Under the pieces are notes generated by a model that had not been told where the DNA came from, did no database searches, and saw only the letters and a program-made list of their open reading frames with translations. This document shows positions 1 through 7,008 of a stretch of 41,769 bases of DNA, piece after piece; position 1 is the first letter of the stretch, and each line of letters starts with the position of its first letter. The stretch covers positions 1 to 41,769 of the forward strand of contig CAZEEV010000003.1 in the NCBI GenBank assembly GCA_964511345.1, in the 5' to 3' direction. The position numbers and the translations under genes were made by a program. The stretch comes from an uncultured Pseudomonadales bacterium. Its GTDB lineage: Bacteria; Patescibacteriota; Microgenomatia; UBA1400; PJMF01.

Positions 1-63
1 CCAAAGTACATGGCAAAAATGTTCGCCAAATTGGCTTAAGTCAGCTTTCTTGCAAACTAGCTT

Positions 64-72
64 TGTTATAAA
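64..72 (+). promoter_or_regulatory. extended -10 element (TGTTATAAA) 6 nt upstream of the recQ GTG start
   Basis: TGnTAnAAn at 64-72 and start codon at 79. The same geometry recurs more than 12 times in this window. Confidence 0.4.
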
Positions 73-78
73 AGACTA

Positions 79-1554
79 GTGAGTAATCATCAACAAATTG
101 CGCTAGCAACTTTGCAAAAATTCTTTGGTTTTGCTAATTTTCGTCCTGGACAATTAGAGATCGTCTTGGCAATTTTGGAGCAAAAAGATGTCTTAGCCAT
201 TTTACCAACAGGTGGTGGAAAGTCTTTATGTTTTCAAGTTCCCGCTTTGATTTTTCCCGGCACCACTCTCGTTATTTCACCTTTAATTTCACTGATGAAA
301 GATCAGGTTGATCATCTAGAAAAAGTCGGCATTGCCGCTACTTTAGTCAGTAGCAATTTAGAACAAAAAGAAATTGATTTACGTCTAACCAAATTAGCAC
401 AGGGCGAATACAAGTTATTTTATTTAGCACCCGAGCGATTGAGTAATAAAAAAATCATTGAAATTTGCCAAAAAATCAACATTTCTTATCTGGTGGTGGA
501 TGAGGCGCATTGTATTAGTTTGTGGGGACACCAGTTCCGTCCCAGTTATCAAAAAATTCCAGAATTTATCAAAAAAATTCAAAGAAAAAATAAAAAAATT
601 GCTATAGCTGCCTTTACCGCTACAGCCACTTCCTTAGTGATCACAGAAATTAAAAACTTTTTAGAGCTACAAAATCCCCTTACTTTTAGTGGCGGATTCT
701 TGCGTAAAAATCTCATTTTTCATAATTTAATTTGCGACAGTGCTTGGTCAAAAAACCTCTATTTATTTAAACTCCTTAAAGTTCACCAAAAAGAAAATGT
801 TATTATTTACTGTTGTACTAGAGTAGAGTGCGAGCGCTTGGCAAAACTAATTAGGTATTTTGATTTCACTCATCGCTATAGTGTGGACGTTTATCACGGC
901 GGACTGGAAAAGAAAAAAAGAGAAGCAGTTCAAAATGATTTTCTAGTGGGCAAAATTAAAATCATGATTGCAACCAACGCCTTCGGCATGGGCGTTGATA
1001 AGAGCGACGTGCGCGTGGTCATTCATTATCAGATTTCCGCCAACTTAGAAAATTATTATCAAGAAGCTGGCAGAGCAGGCAGAGATGGCGAAACAAGTTT
1101 TGTCTATCTACTTTACTACGAAAAAGACTTGCTGATTCAAGCAGAAATGATCAATAGTAATTATCAAGATTTTGATCATCCAAGACGACAAATCGAACTA
1201 GATAAACTTTTGACCATCAAAAAATATGCCCTCAGCAAAACTTGTTTGCAAGAAAAAATCAGTGCATATTTCGGACAAAATCAAAGCAAAAATGATTGTC
1301 AAAATTGTTATCTCTGCTTGCAGAAAAAAATTGAATTAAACGATCAAGAAAAAGGTTTTATTAAAAATTTAGAAAAAATTAATCAGCTTTATTTAAACAA
1401 ATTGCAGTACGGACAATTGCCGGTCGTCTTTACCATTTCCCAAATTGAACTGATGGCAATCCTGGAACCAAAGACAATTAATGATTTGCAGAAAATTCCT
1501 GGAGTCGGAAGTGGTATAATAAGCTTCTATGCAAATCAAAGAATTAGTGGCTAA
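79..1554 (+). CDS. recQ: RecQ-family ATP-dependent DNA helicase (short form, HRDC-like tail)
   Basis: 491-aa ORF with GTG start. Motifs: PTGGGKSLCFQ (Walker A), VVDEAHCISLWGHQFRPSY (DEAH box), ATNAFGMGVDK, YYQEAGRAGRDG. Has a Cys-rich Zn module (CLQEK...CQNCYLC). The C-terminal IPGVGSG segment resembles the start of an HRDC domain. Confidence 0.9.
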   Translation: MSNHQQIALATLQKFFGFANFRPGQLEIVLAILEQKDVLAILPTGGGKSLCFQVPALIFPGTTLVISPLISLMKDQVDHLEKVGIAATLVSSNLEQKEIDLRLTKLAQGEYKLFYLAPERLSNKKIIEICQKINISYLVVDEAHCISLWGHQFRPSYQKIPEFIKKIQRKNKKIAIAAFTATATSLVITEIKNFLELQNPLTFSGGFLRKNLIFHNLICDSAWSKNLYLFKLLKVHQKENVIIYCCTRVECERLAKLIRYFDFTHRYSVDVYHGGLEKKKREAVQNDFLVGKIKIMIATNAFGMGVDKSDVRVVIHYQISANLENYYQEAGRAGRDGETSFVYLLYYEKDLLIQAEMINSNYQDFDHPRRQIELDKLLTIKKYALSKTCLQEKISAYFGQNQSKNDCQNCYLCLQKKIELNDQEKGFIKNLEKINQLYLNKLQYGQLPVVFTISQIELMAILEPKTINDLQKIPGVGSGIISFYANQRISG

Positions 1555-1864
1555 GTATCAAGAAATTGCTGACTTCTTAAATACCCGTTGGCCTCTCAAA
1601 GATCACAACCAAAGAGTCTTCGCTCGCACCATGAAGATCGTCGAGGAATTAGGTGAATTAGCTGATGAAATTCTAACCAGCATGAACTTACAACGCAATT
1701 CTAAAATTGCTAAGTTTTCTAGAGAAAATTTAGAAGATGAATTTGCTGATGTTTTAGGCTCTCTAATTCTGCTTGGCTGTGAACTAGAAATTGATGTCGA
1801 AGCCATCATTCAGAAAAAAATTGATTTCACTCGCGAACGTTTTGAAATGGACAAAAAAGCTTAA
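1529..1864 (+). CDS. MazG-like all-alpha nucleoside triphosphate pyrophosphohydrolase (small, single domain)
   Basis: 111 aa with the paired acidic motifs EELGELADEI and EDEFADVLGSL typical of the MazG/dimeric-dUTPase-like fold. Its start overlaps the recQ 3' end by 26 nt. Confidence 0.7.
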   Translation: MQIKELVAKYQEIADFLNTRWPLKDHNQRVFARTMKIVEELGELADEILTSMNLQRNSKIAKFSRENLEDEFADVLGSLILLGCELEIDVEAIIQKKIDFTRERFEMDKKA

Positions 1865-1871
1865 GTAATTC

Positions 1872-1900
1872 TTGACTAATTGTGGCATATATGTCACAAT
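1872..1900 (+). promoter_or_regulatory. TA-module promoter with palindromic operator
   Basis: TTGACT (1872-1877), then N17, then CACAAT (1895-1900) preceded by TG (TGTCACAAT). A 22-bp near-perfect palindrome ATTGTGGCATATATGTCACAAT (1879-1900, 2 mismatches) spans the spacer and the -10. This is the typical place for antitoxin autoregulation. Confidence 0.45.
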
Positions 1901-1911
1901 GTCTCTAGAGA

Positions 1912-2226
1912 ATGAAAAAGCAAATAATTTTAAATTACTCCGCAATAAAAGAATTAGAAACTTTTTCAATCGAAATTAAAGCCAGATTTAATGATCTTTT
2001 TCAGATCTTAGGCAAAGAAGGCAAATTAGAAATGCCTTTTGCTAAAAAACTTGATACTAATTTATTCGAAATTAGAATCAAACATAAAGGTCAATGGCGA
2101 GCAACTTACGCCTACATATTAAAAGATAAAATAATTATTTTGTCAGCATTTCTAAAGAAAACTCAAAAGACACCTAAGAAAGAAATCGCTAAAGCTTTAA
2201 GGAGATTACAAAACTATGAAAAATAA
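1912..2226 (+). CDS. type II toxin, RelE/ParE superfamily (HigB / phage Gp49-like)
   Basis: 104 aa. LFEIRIKHKGQWRATYAYILKDKIIILSAFLKKTQKTPKKEIAKALRRL matches the Gp49-like/HigB signature (ElR...yR..y...ivlL..F.KKtqktP..ei..A). The toxin lies upstream of the antitoxin, as in higBA. Confidence 0.7.
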   Translation: MKKQIILNYSAIKELETFSIEIKARFNDLFQILGKEGKLEMPFAKKLDTNLFEIRIKHKGQWRATYAYILKDKIIILSAFLKKTQKTPKKEIAKALRRLQNYEK

Positions 2227-2497
2227 TCAAGATATTTCACTAACAAAATGGAGCAAACAATTTACTCCAGCTCAAAAAAAAGTAGCTAAAAAAGCCAATA
2301 ATTATTTTGAGGTAGTGGCTGAATTCAAAAAAACCCGTCAAGAATTAGGTTTAACTCAAGAAGAAATCGCTAAAAAAGCTGGTATTGATCGTAGCACTAT
2401 TGCTAAAATCGAGACTGGTGCCAGAAACACTACTATTGGTAGCCTGCTGATATTAGCCGAAGCTATGGATAAAAAATTAAAAATTGATTTCGTCTAA
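2216..2497 (+). CDS. XRE-family helix-turn-helix antitoxin (HigA-like)
   Basis: 93 aa. The HTH is LGLTQEEIAKKAGIDRSTIAKIETGARNTTIGSL. There is an 11-nt overlap with the toxin gene, and AGGAG lies 11 nt upstream of the ATG. Confidence 0.8.
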   Translation: MKNNQDISLTKWSKQFTPAQKKVAKKANNYFEVVAEFKKTRQELGLTQEEIAKKAGIDRSTIAKIETGARNTTIGSLLILAEAMDKKLKIDFV

Positions 2498-2498
2498 T

Positions 2499-4352
2499 TT
2501 AGACTTTGAGAAATTGATATAAATCCCCATCTTCAAACCCTCGTTTTCTGTAATATTCTCTCGTGCCAATCGCTGAAATGACCGCTAATTTTTTGTAGCC
2601 AGCTTTTTTACTGAGAACTGCCGCTTTGAGAATGAGTTTTTTACCAAAACCAAAATGCTGAGCTTTCTCCTCACCCTTTTGCCCAATAGATAAACTACGA
2701 CCATAAACATGAATCTCGCGAATCATCGCGGCGCCATCTAGTTCTTCAATCACCTCGTTCTTTTTGGCAATTGGTAAGCTCAAACGCAAGAAAGCTAAAA
2801 TTTTATCACCATAAACAAACTGCAAAAATTTTTCCTGGCTGATGCTGGTTTTGTAATTAGTGATTTTCAGTTTGACTTCTTCTGGTTTGAAAACAGTCGA
2901 GCGGATTTCGCGGGAACGAATGTCCTGCATTTTTTGCTTAGTTTTATTAACGTAAGTTTCGGCGATTTGTCTAAAATTACTTTTAGTATTACCAACTACA
3001 ATGTCTTGAGCGGGAATATCGCGAATCATTCTGGTGATACGACAATAGGCGGGAGTATGAGTAAGAGTGAAAGCCGTGATTTCTAATAATTTTTCGTGAG
3101 TATATGGTTTCCACAAACCTTTTTTGTAATATCTCATCAGTTCCGCTGTTTCGATTAAAGAGCAGGGATAAATTTTTAATTCGTCAGGACAAAAATCTGG
3201 ATCACTAAAAAGTTTTTTAAAATCTCTTTTATCTTTAGCCACACTACCACCATAAAGATTGGCCATAAAATGAATGTGCAATTTGAAACCAGCCTGACGC
3301 AAAAGTACAAAAGCTTTGCGAATTGCGGCGACATCATGGCCACGTTTATTTTTTCTTAAAATTTCATCATCCAAAGATTGAATTCCTAGCTGGACTTTAG
3401 TAGCTCCTAAACGACGAATATTTTTGACACTTTTTGGTGTAATTTCATCTGGTCTGGTTTCAATCACTAAACCCACACAGCGCTGTAGAGCTGTCTCATT
3501 TTTAATTTGTTCTGCTTCTAATTCACTCCACTTAGCTTTTTGATATTCAAGAACTCCCAAAGCATTTTCTGGAGCTAAATAATATTTACTCACTAATTGG
3601 TTATAGGTTTGCGAAATATTTTCACCAGCAATTTGTAGTTTAGCAAAATTAGCTTGGTTTTCTTTAGCATCGGTACTTAAAAAAGTCTTGGTCTGCCATT
3701 TTTTTTCAGTTTCCTTGAATTTTTTTTGAAAAGTTTGGTATTTTTTTATTATTTTTGCTGTGTCATTTTTTGTTTGAAAATCATTCATGGCTCTAAAACA
3801 TTCTTTGACAAACCAAATTTGATAAGCCTCTGGATAAGCCGTCCAAGTTCCACCTAAAATAATTAGTTCAACTTTATCAACTTTGTGACCCATAGAGAAT
3901 AAAGCTTCTAAACGGTTGGTCGTTTGCAAGTATGGATCGAAATAATTTTTTTCTGCGCGTTGCGCACCTGGCTCACTCGCTAAATAACTCTTGGGCATAC
4001 GCAAATCATTAGGACAAAAAATACATTTGCCAGGACAAGGGTAAGGCTTAGTTAAAACCGTCACCGGTGCCACACCGGAGATAGTACGCACTGGTTTGAG
4101 TAAGATTTTTTCAACTAATTTAGGATTGAATTTTTTAAGACCATTGGTGCTAGCTAGTTTTTTGTATTCTTCAATCAACTCAGCATAACCCCAATGAGTA
4201 TTGTCTTCTTTGGGATATTTTTTAATCAAACGCAACAAATCCTCAATCGGCTTATCTAGGTTTTGCTCCAATTCTTTTAGTAAAAAAATAACACTCTTTG
4301 ACATCTGGTGTTTATTATAACGCAAGTCTGACATAAAATAGGCTTGATGCAA
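2499..4352 (-). CDS. elp3: Elp3-type radical-SAM/GNAT tRNA wobble-uridine (cm5U34) modification enzyme
   Basis: RTISGVAPVTVLTKPYPCPGKCIFCPN (radical-SAM Cys cluster). C-terminal GNAT region IREIHVYG...QHFGFGKKL...ISAIGTREYYRKRGF. The longest ORF starts at TTG 4352. ATG 4334 or ATG 4304 are alternatives. 4304 is favoured because a TATAAT lies 9 nt upstream on the minus strand. Confidence 0.85.
   Translation of the reverse strand: MHQAYFMSDLRYNKHQMSKSVIFLLKELEQNLDKPIEDLLRLIKKYPKEDNTHWGYAELIEEYKKLASTNGLKKFNPKLVEKILLKPVRTISGVAPVTVLTKPYPCPGKCIFCPNDLRMPKSYLASEPGAQRAEKNYFDPYLQTTNRLEALFSMGHKVDKVELIILGGTWTAYPEAYQIWFVKECFRAMNDFQTKNDTAKIIKKYQTFQKKFKETEKKWQTKTFLSTDAKENQANFAKLQIAGENISQTYNQLVSKYYLAPENALGVLEYQKAKWSELEAEQIKNETALQRCVGLVIETRPDEITPKSVKNIRRLGATKVQLGIQSLDDEILRKNKRGHDVAAIRKAFVLLRQAGFKLHIHFMANLYGGSVAKDKRDFKKLFSDPDFCPDELKIYPCSLIETAELMRYYKKGLWKPYTHEKLLEITAFTLTHTPAYCRITRMIRDIPAQDIVVGNTKSNFRQIAETYVNKTKQKMQDIRSREIRSTVFKPEEVKLKITNYKTSISQEKFLQFVYGDKILAFLRLSLPIAKKNEVIEELDGAAMIREIHVYGRSLSIGQKGEEKAQHFGFGKKLILKAAVLSKKAGYKKLAVISAIGTREYYRKRGFEDGDLYQFLKV
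4314..4339. promoter_or_regulatory. back-to-back -10 boxes for elp3 (minus) and the Trm9-like gene (plus)
   Basis: Minus-strand TATAAT at 4314-4319, 9 nt before ATG 4304. Plus-strand TAAAAT at 4334-4339, 7 nt before ATG 4347. Confidence 0.4.
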
Positions 4353-5135
4353 AAAGGCTTAATTAAAGCTCTCAATCAACTCAATCAAGATTTTTACGCA
4401 CAAATTAGTGAAGATTTTAGTGCTAGTCGTAATTTTCCTTGGCAAGGTTGGACAGAAATTATTCAATATTTACCCAAACAAAAAAATTTAAAAGTTTTAG
4501 ACGTCGCTTGCGGCAATGGTCGTTTCGTAGAATTTTTAAAGCAAAACTTTCACGATTCTTTTTCTTATTTAGGTTTAGATAATTCTGACAAATTATTAAA
4601 AATCGCCCAAAATAAATTTAAGGAACAGCAATTTGAATTTTTCGATTTGATCAAAAATTATTTAGTAAATGAAAAAATCACCTTCAATACTCGAGAAAAA
4701 TTTGATTTAATTGTTAGCTTTGGACTCAGCCACCATTTACCATCTACCAAACTTAGAGAAGAATTTTTAAAAAGTCTCAAAGATAAATTAAATAAAAATA
4801 GTCTAATCATCATTAGTAATTGGCAGTTCGCCAATGAACAAAATCGCTTTGGGAAAAATACTTTAAATTGGAAAAAAATAATTGAAAACCCAAAAATAAA
4901 TCTGTGGCAAAAAATAAAGTTAATTTTTCTTTTATTAAACTTGGGAAAAAATGATTTTTTAATGGATTGGCGAAAAGGGGATAAAGCCAACCAAGTTTTT
5001 CGCTTTTGCCATTATCTAAGTGACCAAGAAATGACAGAACTCGTTAGAAACAATGGTCTAAAAATAGTAGACAGCTTTTTTGCCGATGGTAAGTCTAAAC
5101 AGCTCAATCAGTATTTTGTACTTAAAGCACTTTGA
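4347..5135 (+). CDS. class I SAM-dependent methyltransferase, Trm9/ALKBH8-methyltransferase-like
   Basis: DFSASRNFPWQGW followed by VLDVACGNGRF (motif I) resembles the Trm9 signature HFSxTRxxPWP...(V/L)D(V/I)GCGNGKY. Divergent from elp3. The ORF track starts at TTG 4344; ATG 4347 is preferred. Confidence 0.6.
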   Translation: MQKGLIKALNQLNQDFYAQISEDFSASRNFPWQGWTEIIQYLPKQKNLKVLDVACGNGRFVEFLKQNFHDSFSYLGLDNSDKLLKIAQNKFKEQQFEFFDLIKNYLVNEKITFNTREKFDLIVSFGLSHHLPSTKLREEFLKSLKDKLNKNSLIIISNWQFANEQNRFGKNTLNWKKIIENPKINLWQKIKLIFLLLNLGKNDFLMDWRKGDKANQVFRFCHYLSDQEMTELVRNNGLKIVDSFFADGKSKQLNQYFVLKAL

Positions 5136-5159
5136 AAAAGCGAAGCTAGAGATTATAAT
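5132..5159 (+). promoter_or_regulatory. sigma70-type promoter for tRNA-Gln
   Basis: TTGAAA (5132-5137), then N16, then TATAAT (5154-5159). The tRNA 5' end is at 5176. Confidence 0.55.
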
Positions 5160-5175
5160 AGTCTTTCTTGCACAT

Positions 5176-5246
5176 TGCCCGATCGTCTAATGGCAGGACA
5201 GAGGCCTTTGAAGCCTTTAATCCTGGTTCGAATCCAGGTCGGGCAT
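5176..5246 (+). tRNA. tRNA-Gln(UUG): tRNA-Gln (anticodon UUG)
   Basis: Hand-folded cloverleaf. Acceptor TGCCCGA/TCGGGCA with the U1-A72 pair typical of bacterial tRNA-Gln. D arm GTCT/GGAC. Anticodon stem GAGGC/GCCTT with loop CTTTGAA. T arm CCTGG-TTCGAAT-CCAGG. CCA is not encoded. Confidence 0.9.
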
Positions 5247-5287
5247 CAAATAAAAAAACTCGCTGATAAGGCGAGTTTTTTTATTTG
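5244..5287 (+). repeat. direct repeat copy 1 (att-like; starts in the last bases of tRNA-Gln)
   Basis: CATCAAATAAAAAAACTCGCTGATAAGGCGAGTTTTTTTATTTG. Copy 2 at 6093-6132 is near-identical, differing only in A/T-tract lengths. Confidence 0.85.
5252..5282 (+). terminator. rho-independent (bidirectional-looking) terminator after tRNA-Gln
   Basis: A-tract, then stem ACTCGC / GCGAGT with loop TGATAAG, then a T7 tract. Confidence 0.7.
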
Positions 5288-5355
5288 CTGTTCATAGCTG
5301 AATTAGAACACTTTAGTTCGCGACGGAAAGTGCGAAGCACCTTCCTAGTACCCGC

Positions 5356-5378
5356 AGGGTGAATCAGAGTCGGGCATC
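5356..5378 (+). other. degenerate tRNA-Gln 3'-end fragment
   Basis: AGGGTGAATCAGAGTCGGGCATCA aligns to the T-arm and acceptor 3' half, GGTTCGAATCCAGGTCGGGCATCA. No matching 5' half is present, so this is not a functional tRNA. Confidence 0.6.
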
Positions 5379-5436
5379 ATTATTCTCTCCCTCAAGTAAT
5401 TTCTCTCAATAAGTAGAACAGTTGGAACTTTTTTTA

Positions 5437-5445
5437 TGTTAAAAT
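5437..5445 (+). promoter_or_regulatory. extended -10 promoter (TGTTAAAAT) 6 nt before ATG 5452
   Basis: TGn + TAAAAT. No Shine-Dalgarno sequence is possible in the 6-nt gap. Confidence 0.5.
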
Positions 5446-5451
5446 CTTAGC

Positions 5452-6066
5452 ATGGATAAGAAAAACGATATCTTTTCTTCTAATGCTGACTATTTCCAAA
5501 CAAAATTCTTAAAATTGATTAAAATAAATGAAAATTTCGAAAATATAAATTTTGAGAACTGCAATTTTGAAGAGTGCGATTTTAGTAATTCTTCTTTCAA
5601 GGAATGCACATTTATTGACTGTGAATTCGCAAATTCAAACCTTAGCTTAATAAAAGTGATTAATTCTAGTTTTAGCAATGTTTCCTTTAAAAATTCAAAA
5701 ACAATGGGAATAGATTGGAGCAAATTAAAAATTGGAATCTTACCAATTAATTTGAGATTCAAAGAATGTATTGTGGACCTGTCAATTTTTAATAGCTTAA
5801 AAGTCGATAAACTAGAAATTATTGATTGTAGTGCCAAAGAAGTAGATTTTAGAGAAGCTAATTTAACTAAAGCTAATTTTTCAAATTCAAATTTAGAAAA
5901 TGCTTTATTTCATAGAACAACATTGGATTCTGCAAATTTTTCACAAGCACAAAATTATTCGATTAATTTTAACAACAATGAAATTAAAAATAGCATTCAC
6001 TCAATTGCTGGAGCTTTAAACTTACTGAATCCTTTAAAAATAAGGATTGAAGGTTTTACAAAATAA
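5452..6066 (+). CDS. pentapeptide-repeat protein (Qnr/MfpA/McbG-sized)
   Basis: 204 aa, almost entirely A(D/N)LxX-type pentapeptides. Example: NFENCNFEECDFSNSSFKECTFIDCEFANSNLS...EANLTKANFSNSNLENALFHRTTLDSANFSQA. Confidence 0.85.
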   Translation: MDKKNDIFSSNADYFQTKFLKLIKINENFENINFENCNFEECDFSNSSFKECTFIDCEFANSNLSLIKVINSSFSNVSFKNSKTMGIDWSKLKIGILPINLRFKECIVDLSIFNSLKVDKLEIIDCSAKEVDFREANLTKANFSNSNLENALFHRTTLDSANFSQAQNYSINFNNNEIKNSIHSIAGALNLLNPLKIRIEGFTK

Positions 6067-6092
6067 ACTCTCATAACTTCATCCACTATTGC

Positions 6093-6132
6093 CATCAAAT
6101 AAAACTCGCTGATAAGGCGAGTTTTTTATTTG
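6093..6132 (+). repeat. direct repeat copy 2
   Basis: CATCAAATAAAACTCGCTGATAAGGCGAGTTTTTTATTTG. See copy 1. Confidence 0.85.
6101..6127 (+). terminator. rho-independent terminator after the pentapeptide-repeat gene
   Basis: Same hairpin as 5252-5282 (ACTCGC-TGATAAG-GCGAGT) followed by a T6 tract. Confidence 0.7.
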
Positions 6133-6139
6133 ATTCTAA

Positions 6140-6148
6140 TGATAAAAT
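6140..6148 (+). promoter_or_regulatory. extended -10 promoter (TGATAAAAT) 8 nt before ATG 6157
   Basis: TGnTAAAAT immediately downstream of the terminator. Confidence 0.45.
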
Positions 6149-6156
6149 ACCAGAGC

Positions 6157-6348
6157 ATGAATGAAGGCGATAAAAGAACACCAGAAGAATTGCGAGCTAG
6201 CGTGATGAATGGAGGGTCTAGTCTAATTACCACAGCTCTTGAATCTGGTAATATAGAGCTATTAAAATGGGCCGTCGATGTACATAATAAAGCACATGAA
6301 GTTGCAGAAAAAGTCATTGCAGAACAAGCAGAAAATAATAGCCCTTAA
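6157..6348 (+). CDS. small hypothetical protein (63 aa; one ankyrin-like helix-turn-helix segment)
   Basis: ORF with its own -10 element. Its stop lies 4 nt before the HAD gene start. GGSSLITTALESGNIELLKWAVD loosely resembles a single ANK repeat. No confident family. Confidence 0.35.
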   Translation: MNEGDKRTPEELRASVMNGGSSLITTALESGNIELLKWAVDVHNKAHEVAEKVIAEQAENNSP

Positions 6349-6352
6349 CCAA

Positions 6353-6994
6353 ATGCCAAATTATCAATACATTTTATTTGACTTTGATGGTTGTCTGGCT
6401 CGTACGTTAGATATTTGGCTTAATGCATATAAAGAAACTTTTGCCGAAGAAAATTTATATCCCTCAGATAGGGAAATCACCACTCAAGTTTTTGGCGATT
6501 GGAATGGACCCAAAAAATTTGGTGCCAAAGATAACGATCAATATACTGAAAAACTGCTAAATAGAGTCAATTCCAATTACCCCAATGCTCAACTTTATGC
6601 AAATTCGGTTGAAATATTAAAATACGTAAAATCTTTAAATAAAAAAATGGCTCTAATAACATCTTCTCAATTAGCAATGATTGATAAAGCACTCATAAAC
6701 AATAAAATTAAAAATTTCTTCGATACTATTTTGACAGCAGAGGACGTAACTAAACACAAACCAGATCCAGAAATAATTTTAAAGGCACTAGAAAGATTGG
6801 GGGGAAGGAAAGAGCAAACACTGGTTATTGGTGATTCAAAAAGCGATTTAGGAGCGGCAAAAAATGCTGGAGTTGACTCTGTACTTTTTTATCCAAAATC
6901 CCACCAATTATTTTATGAATTAGAGTATCTGAAATCTTTTGACCCAAAATATATTATTGGGAATCTTACAGAATTGAAAAAAATTATTTTTTGA
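6353..6994 (+). CDS. HAD-superfamily phosphatase (PGP/PpaX-like subfamily IA)
   Basis: YILFDFDGCLARTL (DxD motif I), LITSS (motif II), KHKPDPE and VIGDSKSDLGAAKNAG (motifs III/IV). Start refined to ATG 6353 from the longer ORF 6278. Confidence 0.8.
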   Translation: MPNYQYILFDFDGCLARTLDIWLNAYKETFAEENLYPSDREITTQVFGDWNGPKKFGAKDNDQYTEKLLNRVNSNYPNAQLYANSVEILKYVKSLNKKMALITSSQLAMIDKALINNKIKNFFDTILTAEDVTKHKPDPEIILKALERLGGRKEQTLVIGDSKSDLGAAKNAGVDSVLFYPKSHQLFYELEYLKSFDPKYIIGNLTELKKIIF

Positions 6995-7000
6995 TATACT
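6992..7000 (+). promoter_or_regulatory. extended -10 element (TGATATACT) 8 nt before ATG 7009
   Basis: TGnTATACT overlapping the HAD stop codon. Confidence 0.4.
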
Positions 7001-7008
7001 AGCACCAT

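Noticed and set aside
4304-4352. Apparent head-to-head coding overlap of elp3 and the methyltransferase gene. The same applies to the 161-nt divergent overlap of ORFs 8952-9857 and 9697-10872.
   Set aside because: These are artefacts of longest-ORF calling. Internal starts preceded by -10 elements (4304 and 4347; 9755 and 9805) remove both overlaps and leave back-to-back promoters.
5288-5390. Possible second complete tRNA (or intron-containing tRNA) downstream of tRNA-Gln
   Set aside because: Only the T-arm and acceptor 3' half is recognisable (5356-5378). There is no complementary 5' acceptor strand (TGCCCGA), D-arm or anticodon arm, so I treat it as a remnant fragment.
6278-6352. 25-codon N-terminal extension of the HAD phosphatase ORF, overlapping the small upstream ORF
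   Set aside because: The conserved HAD motif I (FDFDG) follows directly after Met at 6353. The extension is Lys/Gln-rich low-complexity sequence and overlaps ORF 6157-6348, which ends 4 nt before 6353.
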